Positions 27,827 through 36,269 of a stretch of DNA of 64,000 bases are shown here, in pieces. The first letter of the stretch is position 1; every line of letters begins with the position of its first letter. The position numbers and the translations under genes were made by a program. A model generated the notes under the pieces. The model was not told the DNA's origin and did not search any database. It saw only the letters and a list, made by a program, of their open reading frames with translations. The stretch spans positions 70,066 to 134,065 of the forward strand of contig JACROF010000012.1 in assembly GCA_016214555.1 (NCBI GenBank), written 5' to 3'. Source of the stretch: Candidatus Levyibacteriota bacterium (lineage in GTDB: Bacteria; Patescibacteriota; Microgenomatia; Levybacterales; UBA12049).

Positions 27827-28705
27827 ATGGCACAAGATTATTATTCATTATTAGGAGTTTCTAAATCTTCAAGTGCAGATGAGATTAAAAAAGCCTATCG
27901 TAAATTAGCGCTTCAGTACCACCCCGATCGTAATAAGACTAAAGAGGGGGAGGAAAAATTTAAGGAAATAACCAAAGCCTACGAAGTCCTTTCAGACCCG
28001 CAAAAAAGACAGACCTACGATCAGTACGGATCAGCAGCTTTTGAACAGGGAGGGCCAGGGGCAGGAGGCCCGTTTGGTGGAGGTTTTGGTGGATTTAATC
28101 AGCAAGGTCCTTTTAGTTATACATATTCCAGCAATGGTCAAGGATTTGATTTTGGGGGATTCTCAGATCCATTTGAAATATTTGAACAATTTTTTGGTGG
28201 TGCATCGCCTTTTGGAAGAGGAGAAAGAAGGCAGGTTTATTCTTTGTCGATTAGCTTTATGGAGGCTGTGAAGGGCGCTGAGAAAGAAGTAGAGATAGAC
28301 AAGAAAAAACAAAAAATAAAGATTCCTCCAGGTGTTGATACGGGAACAAGAATGAGGTTTGAAGGTTTTGATATTGTATTTGAAGTAAAGCAAGATAAAA
28401 GATTTCATCGTGAAGGCTCAGATATTATCACTGAGGAAACAATATCTTTTCCTCAAGCAGTTCTTGGTAGCGAGATAAAGGTTGAAACAGTTGAAGGAGA
28501 GGTTACCATCAAGATTCCAGCGGGAACACAGCCTGAGACATTGATACGACTTCGAGAAAAAGGAATCCAAAGACTCCGAAGTTCAAGCAAGGGTGATCAT
28601 TATGTGCGAATTAAGATAGATATCCCTAAAAACATTTCAAAAAAGCAGAGAGAAATTCTTGAGGCTTTTGATTCGGATTCGCAAAATAAAAAGAACTGGT
28701 TTTAG
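27827..28705 (+). CDS. dnaJ: DnaJ-like co-chaperone, type II (J domain + G/F-rich region + C-terminal substrate-binding domains, no zinc finger)
   Basis: 292 aa. J domain with HPD ([13 protein letters not shown]). Gly/Phe-rich linker. No CxxCxGxG repeats. C-terminal DnaJ_C-like region. Confidence 0.8.
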   Translation: MAQDYYSLLGVSKSSSADEIKKAYRKLALQYHPDRNKTKEGEEKFKEITKAYEVLSDPQKRQTYDQYGSAAFEQGGPGAGGPFGGGFGGFNQQGPFSYTYSSNGQGFDFGGFSDPFEIFEQFFGGASPFGRGERRQVYSLSISFMEAVKGAEKEVEIDKKKQKIKIPPGVDTGTRMRFEGFDIVFEVKQDKRFHREGSDIITEETISFPQAVLGSEIKVETVEGEVTIKIPAGTQPETLIRLREKGIQRLRSSSKGDHYVRIKIDIPKNISKKQREILEAFDSDSQNKKNWF

Positions 28706-28796
28706 CGCATTTTCTGCACAAAGATTTATTTGTAATTTCTATACCAAATTCGTATACTTGAAATACGTGGCGCCTTAGAATTGGTGCTTTATTTCT

Positions 28797-29180
28797 ATGA
28801 AAATTGTCTCTGCTCGACAATGGATTCAAAAATTATCTTATTCGTTATTTTTTGTGGATGTTGCGTATGCTGCCGATCCAGCTTCCTCTTGTGATTCTTC
28901 AGCTGTTATGACACAGCTTGGGTGTCTACCGAAAGATCCTGTACTCTTTGTTAGTAGTTTTTATGGTATTGGACTGAGTATGGTTGGTGGAGTAGCTCTT
29001 CTCTTTATCATTATTGGAGGTTACACAATTCTTACTTCTCGAGGGAATCCAAGTCAAATTAACGCAGGAAAAAGTTATATTTTTTACTCGATTGCTGGCC
29101 TTATTCTTGCAATATTTGGCTATCTCTTTATAGAGATATTTTTGGTTGATCTTCTTCATATACCTGGTCTTGGACACTAA
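28797..29180 (+). CDS. small secreted two-TM protein, VirB2/TrbC pilin-like (hypothesis)
   Basis: 127 aa. Signal peptide ending AYA-ADP. Mature ~100 aa with two hydrophobic helices separated by a short polar loop (TSRGNPSQINAGKS). Size and topology resemble TrbC/VirB2 T-pilin subunits. Stop is 2 nt before the next gene. Confidence 0.5.
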   Translation: MKIVSARQWIQKLSYSLFFVDVAYAADPASSCDSSAVMTQLGCLPKDPVLFVSSFYGIGLSMVGGVALLFIIIGGYTILTSRGNPSQINAGKSYIFYSIAGLILAIFGYLFIEIFLVDLLHIPGLGH

Positions 29181-29181
29181 A

Positions 29182-32100
29182 ATGAAAAAATATTTTTTGT
29201 TCTGCCTTCTTTTTATCGTAGGACTTTTTTTATTTACCACCTCTCAGCAAGCGTATGCTGTTTCGATAGATAGCAAAACTCTTATTGCGGCAGATGCATT
29301 ACCCCAGGATGGATCGTGGATTATTGATCCTGAGGTGACTAGAATCGGCAAAAACGCATCACGATCAGGGCAGTTATTGGATTGGACACTCAAGGATTAC
29401 CAATGGTCAACTGCAGCATCGCAGCAAAGTAGCGATAATCCTCTTGCATCATTTTGGATCATTATTCAGAGAATTGTTTATGCCTTGTTTTTAGTTGTAA
29501 TTCTTATAACGTCATTTATTCTCATTGTAACTAGAGGGAAAAGTCTGTCTGCTAAAAGATTTCTTCCGAGGTTTTTACTCGCAGTAATTCTTGTGACTTT
29601 TTCTTTTTCACTTATTCAATTTATTTATCAATTTGTTGATATTTTACAAGGATTTTTTCTTAACAATTCTCGTGGGCAAATTATTTCATCAAAAGATCTT
29701 TTATTTATAGGCTTTCAGTACACAGACTTTGAAGGACTTCGTCGATTCGGTTCGTCATTTGACGAGTCTGCATTTATGTCGTTGATCCTTGTTAAATTTA
29801 CTGCATTTACTTATTATGTTATGGCTCTTCTCCTTATTTTTAGAAAGATTCTTCTTTGGTTTTTTATAGTTCTCTCTCCCCTTTTCCCAATACTGCTCTT
29901 GTTCTATCCAATGAGGAATACGGGAAAGGTTTGGATCGGTGAGTTTTTTAGATGGGTACTTTACGCACCTCTTTTTGCTATTTTCTTATCGGGCCTTGTA
30001 AGATTGTGGGATTCTCCTTCAGGACTTCCTCTCCTTTTTAATTTTACTGGAGTAAAGCAGGGGGATATGGTATATCCGACTGCGGTAAATATTTTACTTG
30101 GTGGACCTGGGCAAAAAATCGGATTGAACAATAGCGTTAATCTTCCTGATACATTTGCACTTTATGTAGTGTCTCTTATCATGTTGTGGGCAGTTATTAT
30201 TCTGCCATTTATTCTTCTCCAGATTTTTTTAGATCACATGATGGCGTATAATTATCAAAATAATCCTATAACAAAACAAATTACTAATCTTATGGCTTCA
30301 AGGCTTGCGCCGCCCTCAAAGCCACTTGGTCCTCCTCCATCTTCTAATCAACCAGCAGGTCTTGCAAGAAATATTCCCTTTGGTAGGCATTTTGAGGTTC
30401 CATCGTCTGTTGGTGATGCTAAGGAGATTCCAAGAAGTTTTGCACAGCAAAATAAGTCTCAGACAGTAGTGAAGAAAAATGTTGTTACAAAATCCGTAGT
30501 GAATAATCTAGCCAATCTTTCAATTCCAACGATGAGGGATATTGCCAGATATGAAATAGAGAAAAGATCTCATGACACTTCTCGAATTGCAGAAATTGAA
30601 AGAACGAAAAAAACTCTTATTCAGATAGCAAGTCCGACAACTCTTTCTATTTCTAGTGAGCGAGAAAGATATCAGGCTATCAGGGAAAGGTTAAGACTTG
30701 CTTCTCAGAAAGGTGATACTGTTGCCACAAATATACTCCAGGCTGCAAATACATATAATTACTATTCTTCGCAAGACACTTCTTCGACCACGATTAATCA
30801 AGGAGTTAAAAATCTTGCTAATCCAGAGAGAATCCTTTCTACAGTGGAAAAAGAAAAAGTCGAAAAAATAAAAGAGAGAATTATTCAGAATGCTCTTGAG
30901 GGTAACCCTATTGCTAAACAAGTTGCTGCAGGCCTAAGTCAGTTCTCCTCAAGCCAACTTGCAGTTCTCAAACAAATACTTCAGGCATTATCGTCATCAG
31001 CTCTAAATCAGAACTCTTCTAATCAATATGAGTCGCTTCGCGAGCGTCTCGTAACCGCAAGCAATTCTGGGAATACAGTTGCAACTACGTTTATTTCTAC
31101 AATTGAAAAGTCATCTTCTGAGCAAGATGTTAAGAGTTTATTTGAGGCGTTAATTAAAGCTGAAAAAGAAGGAAATCCAATAGCAAAAGAGGTTATGAGC
31201 TCTGTTGATAAAAATGTCTCACAGGTATCCACAGAGAATTTAAAGCAGGTGATTAAAGAAGCTAAAGATAAAAAAGATCCATTAGGGGTAATGATTTTTG
31301 AGATGATGCAAGAATCATCAGTCAAAGAACAAAAAGTTCCCGCCTCAGCGGCAACGAAATTAAAAAGCGGCACTTTTCCTGTTGTTAATAGGATTCAAGA
31401 AGTATCTTTTGATGATTACGAAGCTGTGAAGAAAATGTGGAGGGAAAATTATAAAAATTTGAAGTCTGCTGGATTTAATGGTGATAGTAGAAGAGATGAG
31501 ATCAATAATGATATTTCACATATGCAAGAAACGATTAGCTTACTTTCTTCAGGGAATCAAGAGATGATCGAACAAGGAATGAGACAGGTATCTGATATTC
31601 TGCCATTTCTATTAATTGGAGGATTCTCTCAGACTGAAATTATTACCTATCTTAAGGCAAAATTGGAGGCTGCAAAGTCTACACTTGAAGACTTAACAGC
31701 GAAAGACGATGAAGAAGACACGCTTCTTGCTGCTGAAAAAGCTGTTAAGCACACCTCAAAAACTATGACGATGAGTGCTGAGGCGCCTATTTCTGCAAAG
31801 CAGGTTATTCCTCAAGAGGTTTCAACGGGGTCTGTGCATACGACTCTACTGTCTCCTCCTTTGGCTAGTGGGGCAACATCAATTTTTAATATAGTCAACC
31901 TCCCAATAGTTACCTTGCGAGATATTGTAAGAATTGACCAGAAAAGAGAGACAACAACAGACCAGAAGAGTGAAATCACTATTCTTAAGCAAAATCTTCT
32001 CAATATTGGACATCCTGAGAGGGTAACTTCAGTAGACGAGCGTGAAAAATATAAAACATTGCACACTCAGCTGGTTGAGGAGGATAAGAAAGGAAATCCT

Positions 32101-33150
32101 TCAGCAAAGATTATTATCAATGCAATTAGTGAGCTTGACAACCAAACGTCTGATAGCGAAATTGATAACGCAAATAAGTTTATTTCACTTCTTGGGCAGC
32201 AAATGATTCCAGGTGATAAAAATGAGGATAGGGAAAATGAGATTTCACAATTGATTTTGAGAGAAAGTGCTTCAAATCCTCTAGCTGAATCTCTTCGTGT
32301 GGCTTCACAGCAGTGGTATAACCTTCAGAAAGAAAAAACTAAAGATTTTCTTGAGAAAATTAGCAATCCTTCTCTCCTACCAACAGCCGCTGAGCAGATG
32401 CAGTATACGAAGCTAATGGATAGGATTTCTTTGGCAAGCTCAAACGGAAACAGCGTTGCATCATATGTAGTTAAAGCAATCCGTGAAAAAGATATAGATC
32501 ACGAAATACCTCAAATATATGTAAAAATTGCTGAAGGAGAAAGGAATGGAGATGAGCTTTCAACATATCTCATGAGAACTATCTATAACACAGCCTCACA
32601 TGATACTAAGATAGACGCTGAGTCTATTTTCCAAAAGACAGTATCACAGGGGAGAGATGGCGATCTCTTTGCTTCAAAACTCTTAAAAGAGATTGCAAAA
32701 ATCGCCAAACAATTAGGTAAAAAGACAACGCCTGTCACCTCTTTGCCTCATGCAAATCGAATACAGACTGTTACTCTTGATGATTATGAAGAGGTAAAAA
32801 GAATGTGGGAGGAGAATTATGCATCATTTCTTCTAGATTCTTCAAAATCTTCTGATGAGAAAAAGAGAATAATAGAAAAGGATGTTAATTCATTAACTCT
32901 AGCCATAAACTTGCTTTCATCAACTGATTCTGAGCAGATGAGAAGAGGAATGGATATGGTAAGCGATTTGTTGCCTTTTCTTCTCTTGGGAGGATTTAGT
33001 CAGCCTGAAATTATCGGGTATCTAAAGGCAAAACGTACTGCTGCAGAGTCTGTTTTTAAAAGTGAAAATAGCTTGAATGAGGAATTGGTTAGTAGAAATA
33101 AAAGACAGGAAAATCCAATACAACAGAAAGTTCAAGTCGTCGATGAATGA
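29182..33150 (+). CDS. giant (1322 aa) secreted polytopic membrane protein: N-terminal VirB6/TrbL-like multi-TM domain plus long modular repeat-containing hydrophilic C-terminal region
   Basis: ATG at 29182 (the track's 29146 is TTG). Signal peptide MKKYFLFCLLFIVGLFLFTTSQQAYA, then ~6 TM helices within the first ~370 aa. About 950 aa of hydrophilic sequence follow, with several repeated module types (see repeat features). Confidence 0.8.
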   Translation: MKKYFLFCLLFIVGLFLFTTSQQAYAVSIDSKTLIAADALPQDGSWIIDPEVTRIGKNASRSGQLLDWTLKDYQWSTAASQQSSDNPLASFWIIIQRIVYALFLVVILITSFILIVTRGKSLSAKRFLPRFLLAVILVTFSFSLIQFIYQFVDILQGFFLNNSRGQIISSKDLLFIGFQYTDFEGLRRFGSSFDESAFMSLILVKFTAFTYYVMALLLIFRKILLWFFIVLSPLFPILLLFYPMRNTGKVWIGEFFRWVLYAPLFAIFLSGLVRLWDSPSGLPLLFNFTGVKQGDMVYPTAVNILLGGPGQKIGLNNSVNLPDTFALYVVSLIMLWAVIILPFILLQIFLDHMMAYNYQNNPITKQITNLMASRLAPPSKPLGPPPSSNQPAGLARNIPFGRHFEVPSSVGDAKEIPRSFAQQNKSQTVVKKNVVTKSVVNNLANLSIPTMRDIARYEIEKRSHDTSRIAEIERTKKTLIQIASPTTLSISSERERYQAIRERLRLASQKGDTVATNILQAANTYNYYSSQDTSSTTINQGVKNLANPERILSTVEKEKVEKIKERIIQNALEGNPIAKQVAAGLSQFSSSQLAVLKQILQALSSSALNQNSSNQYESLRERLVTASNSGNTVATTFISTIEKSSSEQDVKSLFEALIKAEKEGNPIAKEVMSSVDKNVSQVSTENLKQVIKEAKDKKDPLGVMIFEMMQESSVKEQKVPASAATKLKSGTFPVVNRIQEVSFDDYEAVKKMWRENYKNLKSAGFNGDSRRDEINNDISHMQETISLLSSGNQEMIEQGMRQVSDILPFLLIGGFSQTEIITYLKAKLEAAKSTLEDLTAKDDEEDTLLAAEKAVKHTSKTMTMSAEAPISAKQVIPQEVSTGSVHTTLLSPPLASGATSIFNIVNLPIVTLRDIVRIDQKRETTTDQKSEITILKQNLLNIGHPERVTSVDEREKYKTLHTQLVEEDKKGNPSAKIIINAISELDNQTSDSEIDNANKFISLLGQQMIPGDKNEDRENEISQLILRESASNPLAESLRVASQQWYNLQKEKTKDFLEKISNPSLLPTAAEQMQYTKLMDRISLASSNGNSVASYVVKAIREKDIDHEIPQIYVKIAEGERNGDELSTYLMRTIYNTASHDTKIDAESIFQKTVSQGRDGDLFASKLLKEIAKIAKQLGKKTTPVTSLPHANRIQTVTLDDYEEVKRMWEENYASFLLDSSKSSDEKKRIIEKDVNSLTLAINLLSSTDSEQMRRGMDMVSDLLPFLLLGGFSQPEIIGYLKAKRTAAESVFKSENSLNEELVSRNKRQENPIQQKVQVVDE
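31381..31695 (+). repeat. intragenic ~105-aa repeat module copy A (RIQEVSFDDYEAVKKMW...LPFLLIGGFSQTEIITYLKAKLEAAKS)
   Basis: Protein-level duplication within the 1322-aa ORF. Copy A is ~40-45% identical to copy B, including DDYE.VK.MW.ENY, LPFLL.GGFSQ.EII.YLKAK and AA.S. Nucleotide level is diverged. Confidence 0.6.
32745..33070 (+). repeat. intragenic ~105-aa repeat module copy B (RIQTVTLDDYEEVKRMW...LPFLLLGGFSQPEIIGYLKAKRTAAES)
   Basis: Paralogous to copy A at 31381-31695. Conserved hydrophobic patch LPFLLxGGFSQ and basic YLKAK motif. Confidence 0.6.
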
Positions 33151-33193
33151 TAAAATACTTGCTCTTTTTTGAAGTATTGTATTAAATAAAAGT

Positions 33194-35866
33194 ATGCTTG
33201 GAAATTTATTTAGTTCTCATAAAGATCCTAAAGAGGAGTTGGTCTCGCCTCAAGAGCAAAATCCAGCAGATACAAGTACTGCTGCTAATACATTGACACA
33301 CATAGAGTCACGAATGGATCCAACGCTTAGGCAAAATGTCTCAGCGCTATCCCATCTTGATTCTCGTACTACGCAAGTTCTTCATCACGCTCAAGAAGAG
33401 ACAAGGCGCATTAAGCAAGCTCAAATACAGCCTGAACAAGTATTGCTAGGACTACTATACGATGAGGAAGTTTTTAAGCTACTTGAAGGTTTTGATGTTG
33501 ATGTTGCAAAGCTTGCCCAGGAAATTCAGAGTAAAGAAGAAGTAGGAAGTTTCCAAGAGCAGCCGATGTTGAGTAGCGCAAGTACTCAGCTATTTGAGCA
33601 GGCATATAGAGACGCAAAAACCAGAAACGCCAGCTTTGTTTCACCAGAGGATCTTTTGGTTGAGATTTGCAATTTATCTATTGATTCCGTAAAGCTCCTA
33701 GTGGAAAAGGGAGTTACTAAACAACATATTTTGGACAAATTATCGTCGTCTACAGAATACACCACGGGTAAAAAATCAGTTCTTGAACAATTCGCCATAG
33801 ATCTCACTGCTGAAGCAAAAGCAGGGAAATTGGATCCAATCGCAGGAAGAGATAGGGAAATTGACAGACTTGTTCACATTTTACTTCGAAGGACAAAAAA
33901 CAACCCAATAATTATTGGTGAAGCTGGAGTCGGTAAAACAGCGATTGTTGAAGGACTTGCACAGGAAATTGTTGCAGGAAGTATACCATCTGACCTTAAA
34001 AACAAAAAAATTTATCAGCTTGATCTTGCATCGCTTGTAGCTGGCGCTAGCCATAGAGGAGAGTTTGAGGAGCGACTAAAAGGGATAATCAATGAAACAA
34101 TTGCGTCACAAGGTCAAATAATCCTTTTTATTGATGAAATACATACCCTCATTGGGGCAGGTGACACTGACGGCGCTTTGGATGCTTCAAACATAATAAA
34201 GCCCCATTTAGCAAGAGGTCATATGCAGATTATTGGAACAACTACCACAGTTGAGTATAGAAAGCATTTTGAGAAAGATAAGGCTTTCGAGCGACGTTTT
34301 CAACCAATCCTTGCTGATGAACCATCTGAAGAGGCTGCTGTTGAAATGCTGAAAGTGTTAAGGCCAAAATATGAGAAATATCATGGTGTGACAATCCCTG
34401 ATGATACTTTGGTAGATGCCGTTAAGTTATCAAAAAAATATATTGGAGAAAGATATCTTCCTGATAAAGCAGTTGATCTTATCGATGAAGCTTCAGCAGA
34501 TGTAAAGCTTGGACGAATTTCTTTTAAGCAGGATGTAAAGGAATCGGGAGAAAACTCAAATGACACACCGCCTCGTTCACAGGCAACAACGGGTAATGAG
34601 GTGGTAAAGTCAGATATTGAGAGAGTTGTGAGCAATTGGACTGGTATTCCAGTTACAAAATTGACTGAAGACGAGAGTCAGAAGCTTCTTAAGCTTGAGG
34701 ATAATATTCATAAAAGACTTATCGACCAGCAAGAAGCAGTCGTTGCGGTATCTGAGGCTGTACGGAGAGGGAGAATTGGGTTAGCTCCGGCAAATAGGCC
34801 AATTGCATCATTTATATTTCTCGGTCCAACAGGCGTTGGCAAAACAGAATTAGCAAAAACGCTTGCCGAGTTACTTTTTGGGCGTGATGATGCTCTTGTG
34901 AGGCTTGATATGAGTGAATATATGGAAAAGCATGAGGTAGCTAAGTTGATTGGGGCTCCTCCAGGATACGTTGGTTATGAAGAAGGAGGTCAGTTGACAG
35001 AGGCGGTTCGGGCAAAGCCATACTCAATAGTTCTACTTGATGAGGTAGAAAAAGCACATCCTGATGTTTTTAATATTCTTTTACAGCTTTTGGAAGATGG
35101 TCGATTAACAGACAATAAAGGTAATACTATTTCGTTCAAAAATACTATTGTTATAGCTACCTCCAATATTGGAAGTTCGCTTATTCAGCAACAGCTTAGT
35201 GAAAAAGGAGAGCCACAATCGCAGGAAGCTTTTACTAAAGAGTTTAGTGATTTGACAACGCTTGTAACAGCAGAGTTAAGAAAGTTTTTTAAGCCAGAAC
35301 TTCTTAACCGATTTGATGACGTGGTGATGTTTAAGCCTTTGAGAAAAGCAGATATGACGCAGATTGCAAAGCTTGGTATCGGAAAAACAGCAAAATTGCT
35401 TGAAGAGCAGGGGTATCATGTTCAGACAACGGATGCTGCGATTGCGCAGCTTGCGCAGGAAGGATACGATCCTGTATATGGAGCAAGGCCGCTTAGAAGG
35501 CTTATCCAGTCATCTATCGAAAATCGAGTAGCTCTTATGATCATAGGGAAGGAATTTATGCCTGGAGATACTATTGTGATTGATTATAACTCGACAAAAG
35601 GAGGTTTTAATTTCTCAAAAGGCGGTGGTCAGAGTGTAGTTGGTCCAGAAAAAAACATCGATAATCGAGACAATAATACTCAACCTCTTGATATGGTTGA
35701 AAAATCTCATCTTCCTGAGTCAGGAACAGGGGAAGCTCAGGCGTTACCTAAGGAGCCTGAGTACGCGCAGCCCAGCTTCAATCCTCCATTCTTGAGTAAT
35801 CAAAATAACAACGTCAATGGTGAGACTTTTGTAAAGAACGAAATCACTTCTGCCTCAAGCAATTAA
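33194..35866 (+). CDS. Hsp100/Clp-family double-AAA+ ATPase (ClpC/ClpA-like architecture, no ClpB M-domain, no recognisable ClpP-docking IGF/IGL loop), Q/N-rich C-terminal tail
   Basis: 890 aa. Two Clp_N repeats. NBD1 Walker A GEAGVGKT and Walker B ILFIDEIH. Only ~45 aa between NBD1 and NBD2. NBD2 Walker A GPTGVGKT, Walker [11 protein letters not shown], sensor ATSNIG and GARPLRR. No G-F/G-L tripeptide after the sensor-1 region. Confidence 0.85.
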   Translation: MLGNLFSSHKDPKEELVSPQEQNPADTSTAANTLTHIESRMDPTLRQNVSALSHLDSRTTQVLHHAQEETRRIKQAQIQPEQVLLGLLYDEEVFKLLEGFDVDVAKLAQEIQSKEEVGSFQEQPMLSSASTQLFEQAYRDAKTRNASFVSPEDLLVEICNLSIDSVKLLVEKGVTKQHILDKLSSSTEYTTGKKSVLEQFAIDLTAEAKAGKLDPIAGRDREIDRLVHILLRRTKNNPIIIGEAGVGKTAIVEGLAQEIVAGSIPSDLKNKKIYQLDLASLVAGASHRGEFEERLKGIINETIASQGQIILFIDEIHTLIGAGDTDGALDASNIIKPHLARGHMQIIGTTTTVEYRKHFEKDKAFERRFQPILADEPSEEAAVEMLKVLRPKYEKYHGVTIPDDTLVDAVKLSKKYIGERYLPDKAVDLIDEASADVKLGRISFKQDVKESGENSNDTPPRSQATTGNEVVKSDIERVVSNWTGIPVTKLTEDESQKLLKLEDNIHKRLIDQQEAVVAVSEAVRRGRIGLAPANRPIASFIFLGPTGVGKTELAKTLAELLFGRDDALVRLDMSEYMEKHEVAKLIGAPPGYVGYEEGGQLTEAVRAKPYSIVLLDEVEKAHPDVFNILLQLLEDGRLTDNKGNTISFKNTIVIATSNIGSSLIQQQLSEKGEPQSQEAFTKEFSDLTTLVTAELRKFFKPELLNRFDDVVMFKPLRKADMTQIAKLGIGKTAKLLEEQGYHVQTTDAAIAQLAQEGYDPVYGARPLRRLIQSSIENRVALMIIGKEFMPGDTIVIDYNSTKGGFNFSKGGGQSVVGPEKNIDNRDNNTQPLDMVEKSHLPESGTGEAQALPKEPEYAQPSFNPPFLSNQNNNVNGETFVKNEITSASSN

Positions 35867-35937
35867 TAAATACCCTCTAAGGCTGTAAAAGATGCTGGTT
35901 TGAACTTTATTTTATATTCAAGGTATACTAAGTATGT

Positions 35938-36267
35938 ATGTCTGCCCTGTTTTTCTACCCATTTTACGTATTGAGATTTTGGTATGGTGAAGGTCCTGTT
36001 GTTGTACTCAAGCATTTCTATATTTTTAATCGTGTATTTCTTGATTTTTTTTCTGTAAAAATTCTTCTAAAAACCTTTTTTCTTCCTGTAAAAAATGAAT
36101 ATCGCGATGGTTTGGTCGGATTTTCCATTGGAATTGGGATTTTTATGAAAAGCTGTTTACTTATCATTGCAGCATTTTTATTTATGATACTTCTTGTTTT
36201 TGAAGTGGTGATTTTTGGAGGATATATGGCATTTCCTTTGATTACAGTAGGATTGTTGTTGTGGTAA
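35938..36267 (+). CDS. small polytopic membrane protein, unknown function
   Basis: 109 aa, 3 hydrophobic helices. Stop overlaps the start of the following membrane-anchored Clp-like gene, suggesting translational coupling. Confidence 0.4.
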   Translation: MSALFFYPFYVLRFWYGEGPVVVLKHFYIFNRVFLDFFSVKILLKTFFLPVKNEYRDGLVGFSIGIGIFMKSCLLIIAAFLFMILLVFEVVIFGGYMAFPLITVGLLLW

Positions 36268-36269
36268 TT

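Noticed and set aside
29146-29181. Track start (TTG at 29146) for the giant gene, which would add 12 residues (MIFFIYLVLDTK) and overlap the upstream pilin-like gene by 35 nt.
   Set aside because: An ATG at 29182 directly follows the upstream stop and yields a textbook signal peptide (MKKYFLF...AYA). The TTG extension is likely non-coding.
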